From: Bacteroidetes bacterium UBA2664
GTDB lineage: Bacteria; Bacteroidota; Rhodothermia; Balneolales; Balneolaceae
Length of the DNA stretch: 64,000 bases
Direction of reading: 5' to 3'
Assembly (NCBI GenBank): GCA_002359315.1
Contig: DEMS01000032.1
Span: 2,438-66,437, forward strand
Shown piece after piece: positions 30,627 to 40,797 of this stretch; the first letter of the stretch is position 1, and every line of letters begins with the position of its first letter. The notes under the pieces are model-generated. The model was not told the origin of the DNA. It made no database searches and saw only the letters and a program-made list of their open reading frames with translations. The translations under genes and the position numbers were made by a program.

Positions 30627-30896
30627 ATGCAAGCAGGACGAATTTCAACATTTCTGGATGGAGGCGTTCCAGGTGGCCATGCTCCTATGGTATTGCCAGA
30701 GGTAGAAGACACTTCCTACGAACAGCCTGATATGCAGGTCATCGAAATGGGCGAAGGCGAAGAGCCTACGGCCAAAAAACTATGCCAGCGACTTCAGGAG
30801 CAGCCGATTTCACTTTCGCAGTGGATTCGGGATAACCAGAACACCTTAATGATTGCGGGCGGCCTTTATGTGGGCTATCGCTTGCTAAGGAGGTAA
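30627..30896 (+). CDS. Tail-anchored putative virion membrane protein
   Basis: C-terminal LMIAGGLYVGY-RLLRR. Confidence 0.6.
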   Translation: MQAGRISTFLDGGVPGGHAPMVLPEVEDTSYEQPDMQVIEMGEGEEPTAKKLCQRLQEQPISLSQWIRDNQNTLMIAGGLYVGYRLLRR

Positions 30897-30897
30897 A

Positions 30898-31581
30898 ATG
30901 AACGCGCAATCAGGATATATCGACACCGGACTCGGGCAGCTCAACCTGTCCAGCAATATCATAAGCTCGGAGGCGGTAGAACTTCGCATCATCGGACGAA
31001 ACCCCGCCTCGGGGAACCCGCCCAGTGGGGTTCCGTTTTCCCTCGATCTTGAAATTGAAACTTTCCGAAACTGGGCTAAAGTGATTTTTGTGCCGTTTAT
31101 GGCCAGATGGGGGCAATGCCCCGACGCCCTGGTGGTGGTTCGCTCGGAGCAGACTGGATCGGTGTTAGGCTTCCAGCGTTTCCAAACCTCGATGATGGAC
31201 GGATGCCGCGCACAGGGACGAGTTCTCTTTGACCGCTCGTTTGTTCCCACCTCAGCCCATAAAGTAATTTTTGAAGTGTATCCCGTTGATGTGGAAATGA
31301 GCAGTATTTCCGCTTCCGATCTCATTGCAAAATCCACGCCTATTTCTCTCGACCTTGACCAGAAAACCGGCGAGCAGTCGGGGGTGTATTCTCCCCCCAC
31401 AGAGTCGTGGTACAAAATGCCCGAACTTGGGCCAGGTAATGCCCTTGGGGAAGTTAACACGCTACTCAAACGGGTAATCATTATATCATTTGCTGGCGCG
31501 GGGCTTTATTTCTTAGCCCCCATGCTCCCCGGACTTCGGGCAGGCATCAAAGCTTTAGCCCCAAAAGTAGGTTCCGAATGA
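30898..31581 (+). CDS. Beta-rich protein with C-terminal TM
   Basis: QSGYIDTGLG N-terminus; VIIISFAGAGLYFL TM. Confidence 0.65.
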   Translation: MNAQSGYIDTGLGQLNLSSNIISSEAVELRIIGRNPASGNPPSGVPFSLDLEIETFRNWAKVIFVPFMARWGQCPDALVVVRSEQTGSVLGFQRFQTSMMDGCRAQGRVLFDRSFVPTSAHKVIFEVYPVDVEMSSISASDLIAKSTPISLDLDQKTGEQSGVYSPPTESWYKMPELGPGNALGEVNTLLKRVIIISFAGAGLYFLAPMLPGLRAGIKALAPKVGSE

Positions 31582-31973
31582 GATCTGGGTATGTACCACA
31601 TACCGGCTCCGGCCTACACGGCATGGACGATTACCTGCAGCGCACCTCTCAGAACGCTTTCAAACTGTTTGCGGGCAAACTTCAGAGCGCCACAAGCGGT
31701 CGCCGTGGCCAGCTTGCAACGATGGGACTCAACCTGGCCAACCTAACCACCAGTAAAGCAGGCATCAACAAGGTATATGAGCAAAACGCCGGAGTCATTG
31801 ACGACTACTTCGAGTATGTGGATCTGGTGGCACTATCAGAAAAACTGGGCGTGGAAGAGGCGGTCTCGACGGGCGTGTCTCGCTCGCTGCTCAAAACCGG
31901 ATCAATGATTCTAATTGGCATGGCCATCGGGATGGCAGGACAACGAATATTTACAGGAAAAAGGAACCAATGA
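31578..31973 (+). CDS. Tail-anchored putative virion membrane protein
   Basis: MRSGYV...SGLHG; C-terminal TM. Confidence 0.6.
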   Translation: MRSGYVPHTGSGLHGMDDYLQRTSQNAFKLFAGKLQSATSGRRGQLATMGLNLANLTTSKAGINKVYEQNAGVIDDYFEYVDLVALSEKLGVEEAVSTGVSRSLLKTGSMILIGMAIGMAGQRIFTGKRNQ

Positions 31974-32281
31974 CATTAAAGAAAGGCGACTCAGGACAAC
32001 AGGTACTCCGGCTGCAAGCAGGACTGCAAAAAGCGGGCTTCGCGCTCCCTCAATACGGTATTGACGGCAAGTTTGGCCCCGAAACCCAGTCGGCGGTCAT
32101 GCAGGCCCAGCGCCGATTTTCCCTTCCGGTAACCGGAGTAGCTGGCCCGGACTTGCTGGCTAAATTAGGCGCTACCGGTCTTCCTTCCACCCAAAATTCA
32201 GCGGTTTTGAAAAAGACCGTGCTTGCTGGCATTGCTATCGGAGTGCTGTTTGTAATCGCCAAGAAAATGAGGAAACATTGA
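31970..32281 (+). CDS. Peptidoglycan-binding domain protein with C-terminal TM
   Basis: LKKGDSG.QV.RLQ..L...G...DGKFGPET..AV...Q.....VTGVAG. Confidence 0.88.
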   Translation: MTLKKGDSGQQVLRLQAGLQKAGFALPQYGIDGKFGPETQSAVMQAQRRFSLPVTGVAGPDLLAKLGATGLPSTQNSAVLKKTVLAGIAIGVLFVIAKKMRKH

Positions 32282-32282
32282 G

Positions 32283-33536
32283 ATGGATAGCCAGAACACC
32301 ATGAGCGCCAAAGAGCTGGCAACCCTCAACATCAAAGGCATTAAAATAGCAAGCCCATACGGGGCACTTCTTGGAGAGCCAGAGAAAAATGCGGTCATTT
32401 TTATTTGGGGCGAAAAAGGAGCCGGAAAATCCACCTTCAGTTTGGGTCTGGCCAACGCGTTAGCCCAACACGGAAGAGTGGAATACATCCCCGCCGAAGA
32501 GCATTTCGGAAAAACCTTGGTGGATCGGGTAAAACGCTTAAACGCTACCCACTCGAACCTCAATTTCACCAAATGGAAATCCCTTACCAGCCTCAAAGAA
32601 ATTCTACTTAAAAATGGATCGGCATTCTGCGTGCTTGACTCCATCACTGTGATCGAAGCCAACGATAAAATGACGGTCGAACTGGCCCAGTGGTGCCGGG
32701 AGCAAGGTATTGGGTTCATCATGGTGGCTCACGCAACTAAGGACGGCAAGTACAAAGGCAATACCAGTATTGCCCACGAGTGCGACATCGAAATCAAGGT
32801 CACCAAAGAGGGCCTCGCCGAAACCGAAAAGAACCGCTATCAGGTGCTCAGCTCCATCGAGGTTCCCTTTACCTCCACCCGAAACAATGAATATGAAAAA
32901 GTAAAAACGGCTCCCGTGAAACGAGAAAACCCTGTTGACCTGCCCTTTAGCATTTCACTCAAAGAAATCGACAAACTCCACAAACTTCGCTCATGGAAAC
33001 GGGTGAATTCCCTGCTCGGCTCAAAGATGCCGTGTTACTCCAAACAGCATTCCGGGGAGTCCGAGCGGGCAACGCTGAGCATTCGCTACGTGCCGGACTA
33101 CTACAACAAACGCTATATCGTAGAGCTGCTCATTGACGGGGAGCTCAAAACCCAGATTTGCACCGAAGGAGCTAAAGGCGGGTTTGCCGCTTCCTGGGCC
33201 CAGCTGGTGAAAAAGCACGGCAACCTGGAAGTGCAGATTCTCGCCCAGGATCACGCGAAGAAAGTGTTGGGGGCACGAGAATACCGAAGGCAGGAAAAGC
33301 TTCAGAGTAAGAATTCAGATTGTCCGCCAGCAAGAAAATCAAACACAAAGAAGAAGCCAAAGCGAAAGCCTACTCCACCCACCAAGAAAACGGCCAAGAA
33401 AAAACCGGCGGTAAAGAAAACCAAACCGGTACCTAAGCCTAAAGAGCTGGCAACTCCAAAGCAGTCCGTGGATCTGGAAGCCGCTCGAAAAAGCCAAGCC
33501 AAACTCGACGCCTTTTTAGAAAAAGTACTTAGCTAA
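32283..33536 (+). CDS. RadA/Sms-like RecA-fold ATPase with Lys/Pro-rich C-terminal tail
   Basis: GEKGAGKST, AEE, VLDSI, HATKDG, HECD, KNRY; KKPKRKPTPPTKK tail. Confidence 0.75.
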   Translation: MDSQNTMSAKELATLNIKGIKIASPYGALLGEPEKNAVIFIWGEKGAGKSTFSLGLANALAQHGRVEYIPAEEHFGKTLVDRVKRLNATHSNLNFTKWKSLTSLKEILLKNGSAFCVLDSITVIEANDKMTVELAQWCREQGIGFIMVAHATKDGKYKGNTSIAHECDIEIKVTKEGLAETEKNRYQVLSSIEVPFTSTRNNEYEKVKTAPVKRENPVDLPFSISLKEIDKLHKLRSWKRVNSLLGSKMPCYSKQHSGESERATLSIRYVPDYYNKRYIVELLIDGELKTQICTEGAKGGFAASWAQLVKKHGNLEVQILAQDHAKKVLGAREYRRQEKLQSKNSDCPPARKSNTKKKPKRKPTPPTKKTAKKKPAVKKTKPVPKPKELATPKQSVDLEAARKSQAKLDAFLEKVLS

Positions 33537-33539
33537 GCG

Positions 33540-36500
33540 ATGCCAGTAGTTAAAACAAATATCGACCAGATTACGCACCTGTCCACCGGCGACTTTGATC
33601 ACTGGCTGGGCGACTGGGACTCCGATGGAATCGTCAATATTGATGATCCCAACCCGCTTACTCCGGGCGATACTGCCCCTGTGTCTGAGGCCGAACTGGC
33701 CCCGCAGATCAAGGCGGTGATTGAGACGAAGAACAACTACATCCCAGCCCTGAAGAAAGTCATGAAAGGCCTAATCGGGATGAATTTGGCGCTGGTCGTC
33801 AAGGGTCGCATTAAAGAAGTGTATTCCACTTTAGGGAAACTTATTCGCAAGCGGTTTCCGTTTACGGAAAAGATTGCCACCAAGTCTGGAGAAAAATACA
33901 CAACCGGCCTGACCGATGTGGCAGGCTGTATGGCGATTGCCGAAACGCAGGCGCAGGTGGATCAGATTGTGGAGCGTATCCAGTCGGGCGAGCTGGGTGA
34001 GGTGTGGGAACACGAAGACAAATATAAACATCCTGCAAACGGCTACCGCGCCCATCATTTTATCCTCGTAGTGGACAAGCTGTACCCGGTCGAAATCCAG
34101 GTAAAAACCAAACGGATGTCCATGATCTCGGCGGCCTCACACCAGCCCTATAAAGTGGGCCAGCTTAACGGAGCGCTGCTGGAAGAATTGACCCAGCTCG
34201 CGTGGAAAGCTGACAAGGGCGACACCGAATCGACAGAAAAATTGGAGCCGTACTTAGCAGATCTGGACGCTCTTGAAACTCAGCTTACTCTTCGATCTAA
34301 TCCAAGTGGAGAACTTCAGCAACTTCAGGCAGATTTTGAGCAGACCATAGGCAAACTGGCACTGGCGTTTCAGCTGGATAAGTTTCCAGCTGAGTACAAG
34401 CAGGAAGCCCTGGAGCTTTTCAGGGCACACGGGCGCATCATCGGCGTCGATTTTGATGGGGTATTTAAACAAGCCTCTACCAAAGAATCTAAGCCGATCA
34501 AGGAGCCCAAAAAGAAATCAGGCCAATCAATTTTTAGGTTTAGTGACACCGAATTGTCGGAATTTGCGCCCATCAAACTAACGGCCTCCGAGCGTCGCAA
34601 GGCCAACGAAGCGGCTATCGCCGTACTTCAAAAGGAAGACCGCGCGATTACCAAATCCGATATTGAAGTACTTCGTACGTACACCGGGGCGGGTGGTTTA
34701 GGATACACCGAATCCACCGAACATTCCAAGCGGGGTTTGTTGAATGAGCACTACACGTCCTACCCCGTGGTCAAACTCATCTGGGACAAACTTCAACAGA
34801 TGGGTGTTACGGGCGGCAATATTTTAGAGCCAGGTTCCGGCGTGGGTAACTTTGCCGGATTCCTTCCCGACCGCGAGAAATTCCGCATGGTCATGATCGA
34901 ACGCTCGGCCATTAGCTCCCGCATAGCACGTCTTTTGTACCCGATGCAGACCGTGCGCCACGAGAACTTTGCGGGCACCGATCTATCCCTGTATAACCTG
35001 ACCGGCGTGGTTGGAAACGTGCCCTTTGGGGACCTGAAAATTCATACCTCCCGCGACCCGCTGGCCCCGCTTAGCCCACGCATTCACGACTATTTTATTC
35101 TGAAATCACTGGACGCATTGAAGCCCGGTGGTTTCTTGGCCGTAATTACCTCAACCGGCACGATGGACAAAAAAGACCCGTCCATTCGGCAGGCTATGAT
35201 ACAACGTGCCCGCTTTGTCGGGGCCTACCGGTTGCCTTCAACGGCGTTTAAAGACAACGCCGATACCACGGTAACCACCGATATTCTGTTTTTCCAGAAG
35301 TATGGGGAGCACCAGGGAGCAATCCATCCGGATGTGGACTCCAAGCTCAACCGACTTTTTGCACAGGAAGATCTGATTGAAAGTCAGGTATCCTATAATG
35401 GTGAAACCTATACCGCTTTTTACAATCCCTTCTTCAAAGAGCATCCCGAGCATGTGTTAGGCGAACATATTCAGGGGCACCATGTACAGTTTTATTCCCG
35501 CATGGGCGTTAAAGGCGAGCTTTCCGAAGGCCTCATTCAAAGGGTGCTTTCTGACGGACTAACTTTTCCTTACGCGCTTCCGGGCAAGATGCCATTGTAC
35601 AACATACCCGATGACGGGATTATGCTCGACCTTCCAAGATCATACCATCCGGGGAATATCGTTTTCCACGAGAACCATTTTTACGAGAAACAGCGACGGT
35701 TTTTCAAGCGGCTTACGCTCAAAGGCGGCTCGGGGCTGGAGACCCGCATCGGCTCGGCTTGCCAGCTACTCGATAAATACGACGACTATATTACCGCACT
35801 GGCACAGGAAACCAGCGAAAAGGACGCCCTCCGCGCTGAGTTCAAGCAGTTGCTTGCGGGTCACATAAAGCAGTATGGTATTCCCGATGAAGACGAGGAC
35901 ATCCGCAAGGTGTTCAAGTTCGACAACCGGCTCTACAAGCTCACAACGCTCGTGAAGCGAGATCCGCTTAACGAGGAACTCGTGTATGCGGACATCATCG
36001 ACGCCGATTCCATGTTCAACCGAAACTACGTGCCTGCGGTCAAAGACTCCGATGATCTGGCTGAGCTGGCCATGTTCGGGCGCAGTATTGGTGAGACCTT
36101 AGATATTGACTTCTACCAGTCGGTGTACAAAGGGGGAACGGCGAGCAAAGAGGATCTGGAAAAAGCATTGGAAGATCACCCTGACTTTTACTGGAATCCG
36201 GCCACCGGAAACCACGAATTTCGCTACCAGTACCTGTCTGGTAACGTGCGCGAGAAACTGCAACTGGCCCAGGAGCACGAGCTGGAAAAGAATATTAAGG
36301 CACTCGGGGAAGTCGTGCCCGAATGGATCGACGTGTATAACATCACCGTGGACCCGCAGCACGTGTTCACCTATTTGCCCGCCAAAGCCATTGAAGAGTG
36401 GATTAAAGATGAAATGAATTACGATAAGGTGGAAATCGGCCTGGTCAAAGACAAAGCCGATCTGGGTAACCGGTTCTACATGAAGCTTCGAAAATGGGGC

Positions 36501-39500
36501 CGGTACATTTCTACGGGCGATGAGACCCCCGACGACGACAACCTCGGCTGGGGCGAGACGCCGTTTACGAAAATCATTACCTCTTACATTCAGGACAGCA
36601 CGTTTCCACTGAAGTTCTATGATGAGGACGATACCCTGATGCCGTCGATGACGCTCAAAGAGGCGCAATCCATGAAGGGCGAACGGGGCCAAATGCTCAT
36701 CGAGCGAGCGCGAAAAATACAGCGCCAAAACAACAACCGGATGCTCACGCACGTGCCCAAAAAGTTCAACAACTGGGTGCGCACCAAAGCTTCGTCCGAA
36801 GTCCGGAGCCTGATCGAATCCGCCTACAACCAGACCTATAACGCCGTAATCAACCCGCCCTTTGACGGGCGCACCCTTCGCGTTCGCGGCATGAGCGATA
36901 CCTTCTACGGGGTGAAAGACTTTACCGTGTACAAGCACAATCGCGCTATTGCCGAAAAGTTGGTCTGGAACGGTAAGGGTGCCAACTGCCACGATGTGGG
37001 GGCAGGGAAAACACTCGCTTCCATTATCACCTCCCAAGTGCTGCTCCAGCAGGGAGCCGCCCGAAAACCCATGTTTGTCGTGCCTGGAAAAGTGCAGGAA
37101 AAATGGGTGGAAGAATACCTGATGCTCTTTCCTGACGCCAAAGTCCTCAACATGAAAATGGCCTCTGGCGACAAGCACAAAGAACTTACGATGGCCCAGC
37201 TCTACAACTGGGACGCTATCTTTATCGCTGACCACGCTTTTAAATCGCTTCCGCTATCCCCAGCCGAACAGGCTCGTATTTTTCAAGAGCGCATCGACTA
37301 CTTCAACCAGATGTTGGAGAATTTCGAGGATCTGCTTGAGGAAGACGAGGCGATCTCGAAAGCGGTCAAGACCTCCATGATGAAACGCATGGAAAAGCAG
37401 ATGGAAGAATGGGAAACCAAACTCCGCAATGTGGCCCATGCCAAACGACTCGAAACCGATATTTTCTTTGACGAGCTGGGCGTGGACTGCCTGTTCTTTG
37501 ACGAGGCGCATTTCTACAAAAACGCCCTTGGTTCAGCCAAAGCCGCCAAGCTGGGAATCTCGGCAAACAAGCCTTCCCAGCGCGCCGAAGACGCCCTGCA
37601 AAAAACACGGTGGCTGTTCAGCAAAGTGGGCCATAAAAACGTGTTTGTCCTTACAGCGACTCCGGTAGTCAACTCTCCGGTGGAGGTATGGCACATGCTC
37701 AACCTGTGCGCCCCGGATTTGCTGACCAAATACGAAATTGAAAACCTCGACAACTTCATCAACCTGTTTGTCCGGGAAGAAGAAAAGATCGTCAAAAAGA
37801 CCAACGGGGAATACCGCTCCGAGCGCGTCGTGGCCGGGTACTACAACCTGCCGGAAATGCGTAAGATCATTGACGAGGTGATGGACATCAAGAGCTACGA
37901 TCAGCTCATCGGGTTTTACAAAGAGTTTCCCGATTACATTCAGGATGAATCCGGAAATACGATTAAAGGAAAAGACGGAAAGCCCAAGGTGCTCGAACCC
38001 AAATTCAAGCGCCCCAAGGCCAGCACCCGCAACGTGATTATTGAACCCAGCGAGCTGCATAAGCTTCTTTTTGATGACATTATCCTCCGAGCCAACGAGG
38101 TCATTGCCTGTATGAAAGACCGGCAGTGTGAGACCCGCGACAACTTCCTGGTAATTACCGGCGATGGTAGTAAGATTGCCACCGATCTGCGGGTGTACGA
38201 CAAAGATTTTGAAGGTATTGATCGCTCATACCTCAAGCTTGGAGCGATGGTGGAAAACGTGGCAGCTTCCTATGGTGCCCGTTCCAATCCGGCTCCCGAA
38301 ATGGTGCCCGAAGACCTATACGGCGACTACTTTCACCGGCCTGGCAGAGGACAATTGGCCGTCACTCCTCCGCACTTGCGAGAGAATCCTTCTCATATTG
38401 AAGTCATCACCAGCAAGGGCGTGGTAAAAGAAAAAAGTGGCTACTGGGTGGTGTGGGATGAAAAGAAAGAGGTTTATGAGCCCTTGCATATACTGGAGCC
38501 CAAAAAGGCCGAACACACGTGGAGCGAAGGCATCTTTGGCAACGAAAAAGAAGCTACCGAGCGCGCTAAAAAGCTAAACGCGGAGTGGGAGCAGATCAAA
38601 GCCAGTCGATCCAATCCAACCAGCCCAGCCATTCGCAACCAGATTATTTTCTGCGACTGGATCAGTCTTCATCAGTCACAGGGAGGTAGCTTCCATCAAC
38701 TCATCAAATCCGAGCTGGTCAAAGCTGGAATCCCCAAAGAACAGATTGCGATCATCAACGGGTCCATCATTGGCACGAGCAAAAACGGGGATGATTATTC
38801 CGTCAGTAGCAAAGACGATAAGGAAGCATTAAAGAAAGAAGTGCAGGATGATTTTAACCAGGGCAAGTACCGCGTGGTGATTGGTAACCAGTCGATTGCC
38901 GAGGGGATGAACCTTCAGAAGTGGACCACCGACATGCACCATATGGATGTGCCCTACACACCTTCGCAAATCCAGCAGCGCAATGGGCGCGGGCTTCGTC
39001 AAGGCAATCAGTACTCAGAAGTACAAATCCATTACTACCTGATGCAGGACTCTTTTGATCAGTACCGGCTGGAACTCGTCTCCAAGAAACAGAGCTGGAT
39101 TGATGACCTCTTCTTTGGCACCGGGCGTGAAGTCTCCACCGGTGGCGACTCGGAGTCGCTGGAATACGAGCAAATGGTTGCTGCTACCAACTCCGATCCA
39201 CGTGTAAAACAATTCTTTGAGGCTTTAGCGCAAAAGAATGTGCTCGACGACCGGATTGATAACCTTGAATCCGAGGTTCAGCGACTCCAGGCCAGCCAAG
39301 TGCAGGCAACTACTGATATCCAGGGAAAACAGGATCGCATGAAAAGCGTGGTAGAGCGCGAAACCGCCCTGCAAAACTCGAAGCTTCCCGATAACGCTGA
39401 AATCGCACTAAAGGAGAACCTGTTTGAGGCGCAGTACGGGTGGAACGGCGAGCCGTACCAACTCGATATCCAGTTGAGCTCCGACGCAAAACGCATCTCC

Positions 39501-40769
39501 GGCTACCGCATGAAAACCGTGCTCGATGTGCCCGATAACAACGCCAACGGGCGGGTGTGGTTTCACCTGATCCCAGACAGCAATATCCCTGACCGCTCGT
39601 TCTACAACAAACAGACGTGGGGTTCCATCAAACGCATGGCCTCCAAAGAGCTGGCCACCACCTTTGGGTGGACGCTGGAAGAAAAGACGGGGCAAGGAAA
39701 ATCCATCTCCGGCAACCTGGGCAACATCATTGCCACTGAGGAAGATTTTTACAATGAATACGGCATCGACATTGAAGTCGAGAAAGCTAAAAAAGACGAG
39801 GCCGGAAACGAGCAAAGCTTCAAGGCCATCAAAGAGTCCGCCGGGATGTTTACCATCAAAAAGTGGCAGCCGATTATCACCCGAAAACTGGCGGAGCTGT
39901 TTCTGGAACTCGAAAAAGCATGGATCAGAACTTCGGAATCACGAATGGAAATTCTAAGCAGTGAGCTGAAGCAAACTGAGAAAACACTGGCCGAACTTCA
40001 AAAGGTGCTGGCGTCCACAAAGGGCGAACTGGAAGCGGCCAAAACCGCTCGGGAGAACAACCAGAAGACCGTGATCGAACTCAACGATGTGGTCAACCAG
40101 CTGGTGGCGGTGAGCTACGACGACCGGAACGAACTGTATGAAGAGATCAACCGGATCGCCCCGAAATACAAGATCCGCAAGACCATTACCGTCCGTGATG
40201 TTGGGGCGCTGAAAGGCAATACCCCCAAAGGCGCGCCCCAGCTTCGTGAGAACAAAGCCCACAATATGCCTGGAAAAACATCCAAACGGCATGGCGTACT
40301 AAAAACCCTCTACGAAGAACCGCTGGTGTATTCCGGCATCGTCAAGGAACTGGAGTACATCGACGCCAAAGGCTACATGCAGCGCATGGAAGCTGAAAAG
40401 GATGATCTGGCAATGATCATTAACGCCAAGGGCACCACTATTTATGTGTTTCCAACAAACTTAATGAGGCTCTCAAAGGGAGCCTACAATGACCCGAAAG
40501 CCGCCGAAATGTTTGAGGAGTTTCATCATTTCCCGGCAGACGACTACGACTATGAGCTGTTTCCGCCTGCGGGCGAGAAACTGATCAGTGCCGGTTACGC
40601 CGACCGCATTATGTACGTGAGCGATAAGATTATCTACGCCGATGACGAAAAAGGCAAGGACAATCACTATTTCCACTACTTCGATGCGGGCAAGCGACCG
40701 GTGTTTAAATACGGTGATGTGTACATCATCGCTAACGTCAACATAGACGGCAGGGGCATTCTTAATTGA
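33540..40769 (+). CDS. 2409-aa multidomain protein: RelA/SpoT-like synthetase, N6-adenine methyltransferase and SNF2 helicase (DarB-like)
   Basis: GRIK, DVAG, GYRAHH, EIQVKT; LEPGSGVG, GNVPF; HDVGAGKT, DEAH.YKN, TATP, EGMNLQ, QRNGRG.RQG. Confidence 0.88.
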   Translation: MPVVKTNIDQITHLSTGDFDHWLGDWDSDGIVNIDDPNPLTPGDTAPVSEAELAPQIKAVIETKNNYIPALKKVMKGLIGMNLALVVKGRIKEVYSTLGKLIRKRFPFTEKIATKSGEKYTTGLTDVAGCMAIAETQAQVDQIVERIQSGELGEVWEHEDKYKHPANGYRAHHFILVVDKLYPVEIQVKTKRMSMISAASHQPYKVGQLNGALLEELTQLAWKADKGDTESTEKLEPYLADLDALETQLTLRSNPSGELQQLQADFEQTIGKLALAFQLDKFPAEYKQEALELFRAHGRIIGVDFDGVFKQASTKESKPIKEPKKKSGQSIFRFSDTELSEFAPIKLTASERRKANEAAIAVLQKEDRAITKSDIEVLRTYTGAGGLGYTESTEHSKRGLLNEHYTSYPVVKLIWDKLQQMGVTGGNILEPGSGVGNFAGFLPDREKFRMVMIERSAISSRIARLLYPMQTVRHENFAGTDLSLYNLTGVVGNVPFGDLKIHTSRDPLAPLSPRIHDYFILKSLDALKPGGFLAVITSTGTMDKKDPSIRQAMIQRARFVGAYRLPSTAFKDNADTTVTTDILFFQKYGEHQGAIHPDVDSKLNRLFAQEDLIESQVSYNGETYTAFYNPFFKEHPEHVLGEHIQGHHVQFYSRMGVKGELSEGLIQRVLSDGLTFPYALPGKMPLYNIPDDGIMLDLPRSYHPGNIVFHENHFYEKQRRFFKRLTLKGGSGLETRIGSACQLLDKYDDYITALAQETSEKDALRAEFKQLLAGHIKQYGIPDEDEDIRKVFKFDNRLYKLTTLVKRDPLNEELVYADIIDADSMFNRNYVPAVKDSDDLAELAMFGRSIGETLDIDFYQSVYKGGTASKEDLEKALEDHPDFYWNPATGNHEFRYQYLSGNVREKLQLAQEHELEKNIKALGEVVPEWIDVYNITVDPQHVFTYLPAKAIEEWIKDEMNYDKVEIGLVKDKADLGNRFYMKLRKWGRYISTGDETPDDDNLGWGETPFTKIITSYIQDSTFPLKFYDEDDTLMPSMTLKEAQSMKGERGQMLIERARKIQRQNNNRMLTHVPKKFNNWVRTKASSEVRSLIESAYNQTYNAVINPPFDGRTLRVRGMSDTFYGVKDFTVYKHNRAIAEKLVWNGKGANCHDVGAGKTLASIITSQVLLQQGAARKPMFVVPGKVQEKWVEEYLMLFPDAKVLNMKMASGDKHKELTMAQLYNWDAIFIADHAFKSLPLSPAEQARIFQERIDYFNQMLENFEDLLEEDEAISKAVKTSMMKRMEKQMEEWETKLRNVAHAKRLETDIFFDELGVDCLFFDEAHFYKNALGSAKAAKLGISANKPSQRAEDALQKTRWLFSKVGHKNVFVLTATPVVNSPVEVWHMLNLCAPDLLTKYEIENLDNFINLFVREEEKIVKKTNGEYRSERVVAGYYNLPEMRKIIDEVMDIKSYDQLIGFYKEFPDYIQDESGNTIKGKDGKPKVLEPKFKRPKASTRNVIIEPSELHKLLFDDIILRANEVIACMKDRQCETRDNFLVITGDGSKIATDLRVYDKDFEGIDRSYLKLGAMVENVAASYGARSNPAPEMVPEDLYGDYFHRPGRGQLAVTPPHLRENPSHIEVITSKGVVKEKSGYWVVWDEKKEVYEPLHILEPKKAEHTWSEGIFGNEKEATERAKKLNAEWEQIKASRSNPTSPAIRNQIIFCDWISLHQSQGGSFHQLIKSELVKAGIPKEQIAIINGSIIGTSKNGDDYSVSSKDDKEALKKEVQDDFNQGKYRVVIGNQSIAEGMNLQKWTTDMHHMDVPYTPSQIQQRNGRGLRQGNQYSEVQIHYYLMQDSFDQYRLELVSKKQSWIDDLFFGTGREVSTGGDSESLEYEQMVAATNSDPRVKQFFEALAQKNVLDDRIDNLESEVQRLQASQVQATTDIQGKQDRMKSVVERETALQNSKLPDNAEIALKENLFEAQYGWNGEPYQLDIQLSSDAKRISGYRMKTVLDVPDNNANGRVWFHLIPDSNIPDRSFYNKQTWGSIKRMASKELATTFGWTLEEKTGQGKSISGNLGNIIATEEDFYNEYGIDIEVEKAKKDEAGNEQSFKAIKESAGMFTIKKWQPIITRKLAELFLELEKAWIRTSESRMEILSSELKQTEKTLAELQKVLASTKGELEAAKTARENNQKTVIELNDVVNQLVAVSYDDRNELYEEINRIAPKYKIRKTITVRDVGALKGNTPKGAPQLRENKAHNMPGKTSKRHGVLKTLYEEPLVYSGIVKELEYIDAKGYMQRMEAEKDDLAMIINAKGTTIYVFPTNLMRLSKGAYNDPKAAEMFEEFHHFPADDYDYELFPPAGEKLISAGYADRIMYVSDKIIYADDEKGKDNHYFHYFDAGKRPVFKYGDVYIIANVNIDGRGILN

Positions 40770-40797
40770 ACCACCCGCCAGAACAACGAAGGCACCT

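Noticed and set aside
32283-33536. Host radA gene
   Set aside because: Lacks the N-terminal Zn finger and C-terminal Lon-like domain; lies inside the element
36099-37235. 378-aa antisense ORF (and similar shadows at 24542, 25241, 30885, 37533)
   Set aside because: Antisense shadows of well-supported genes in GC-richer, codon-biased sequence
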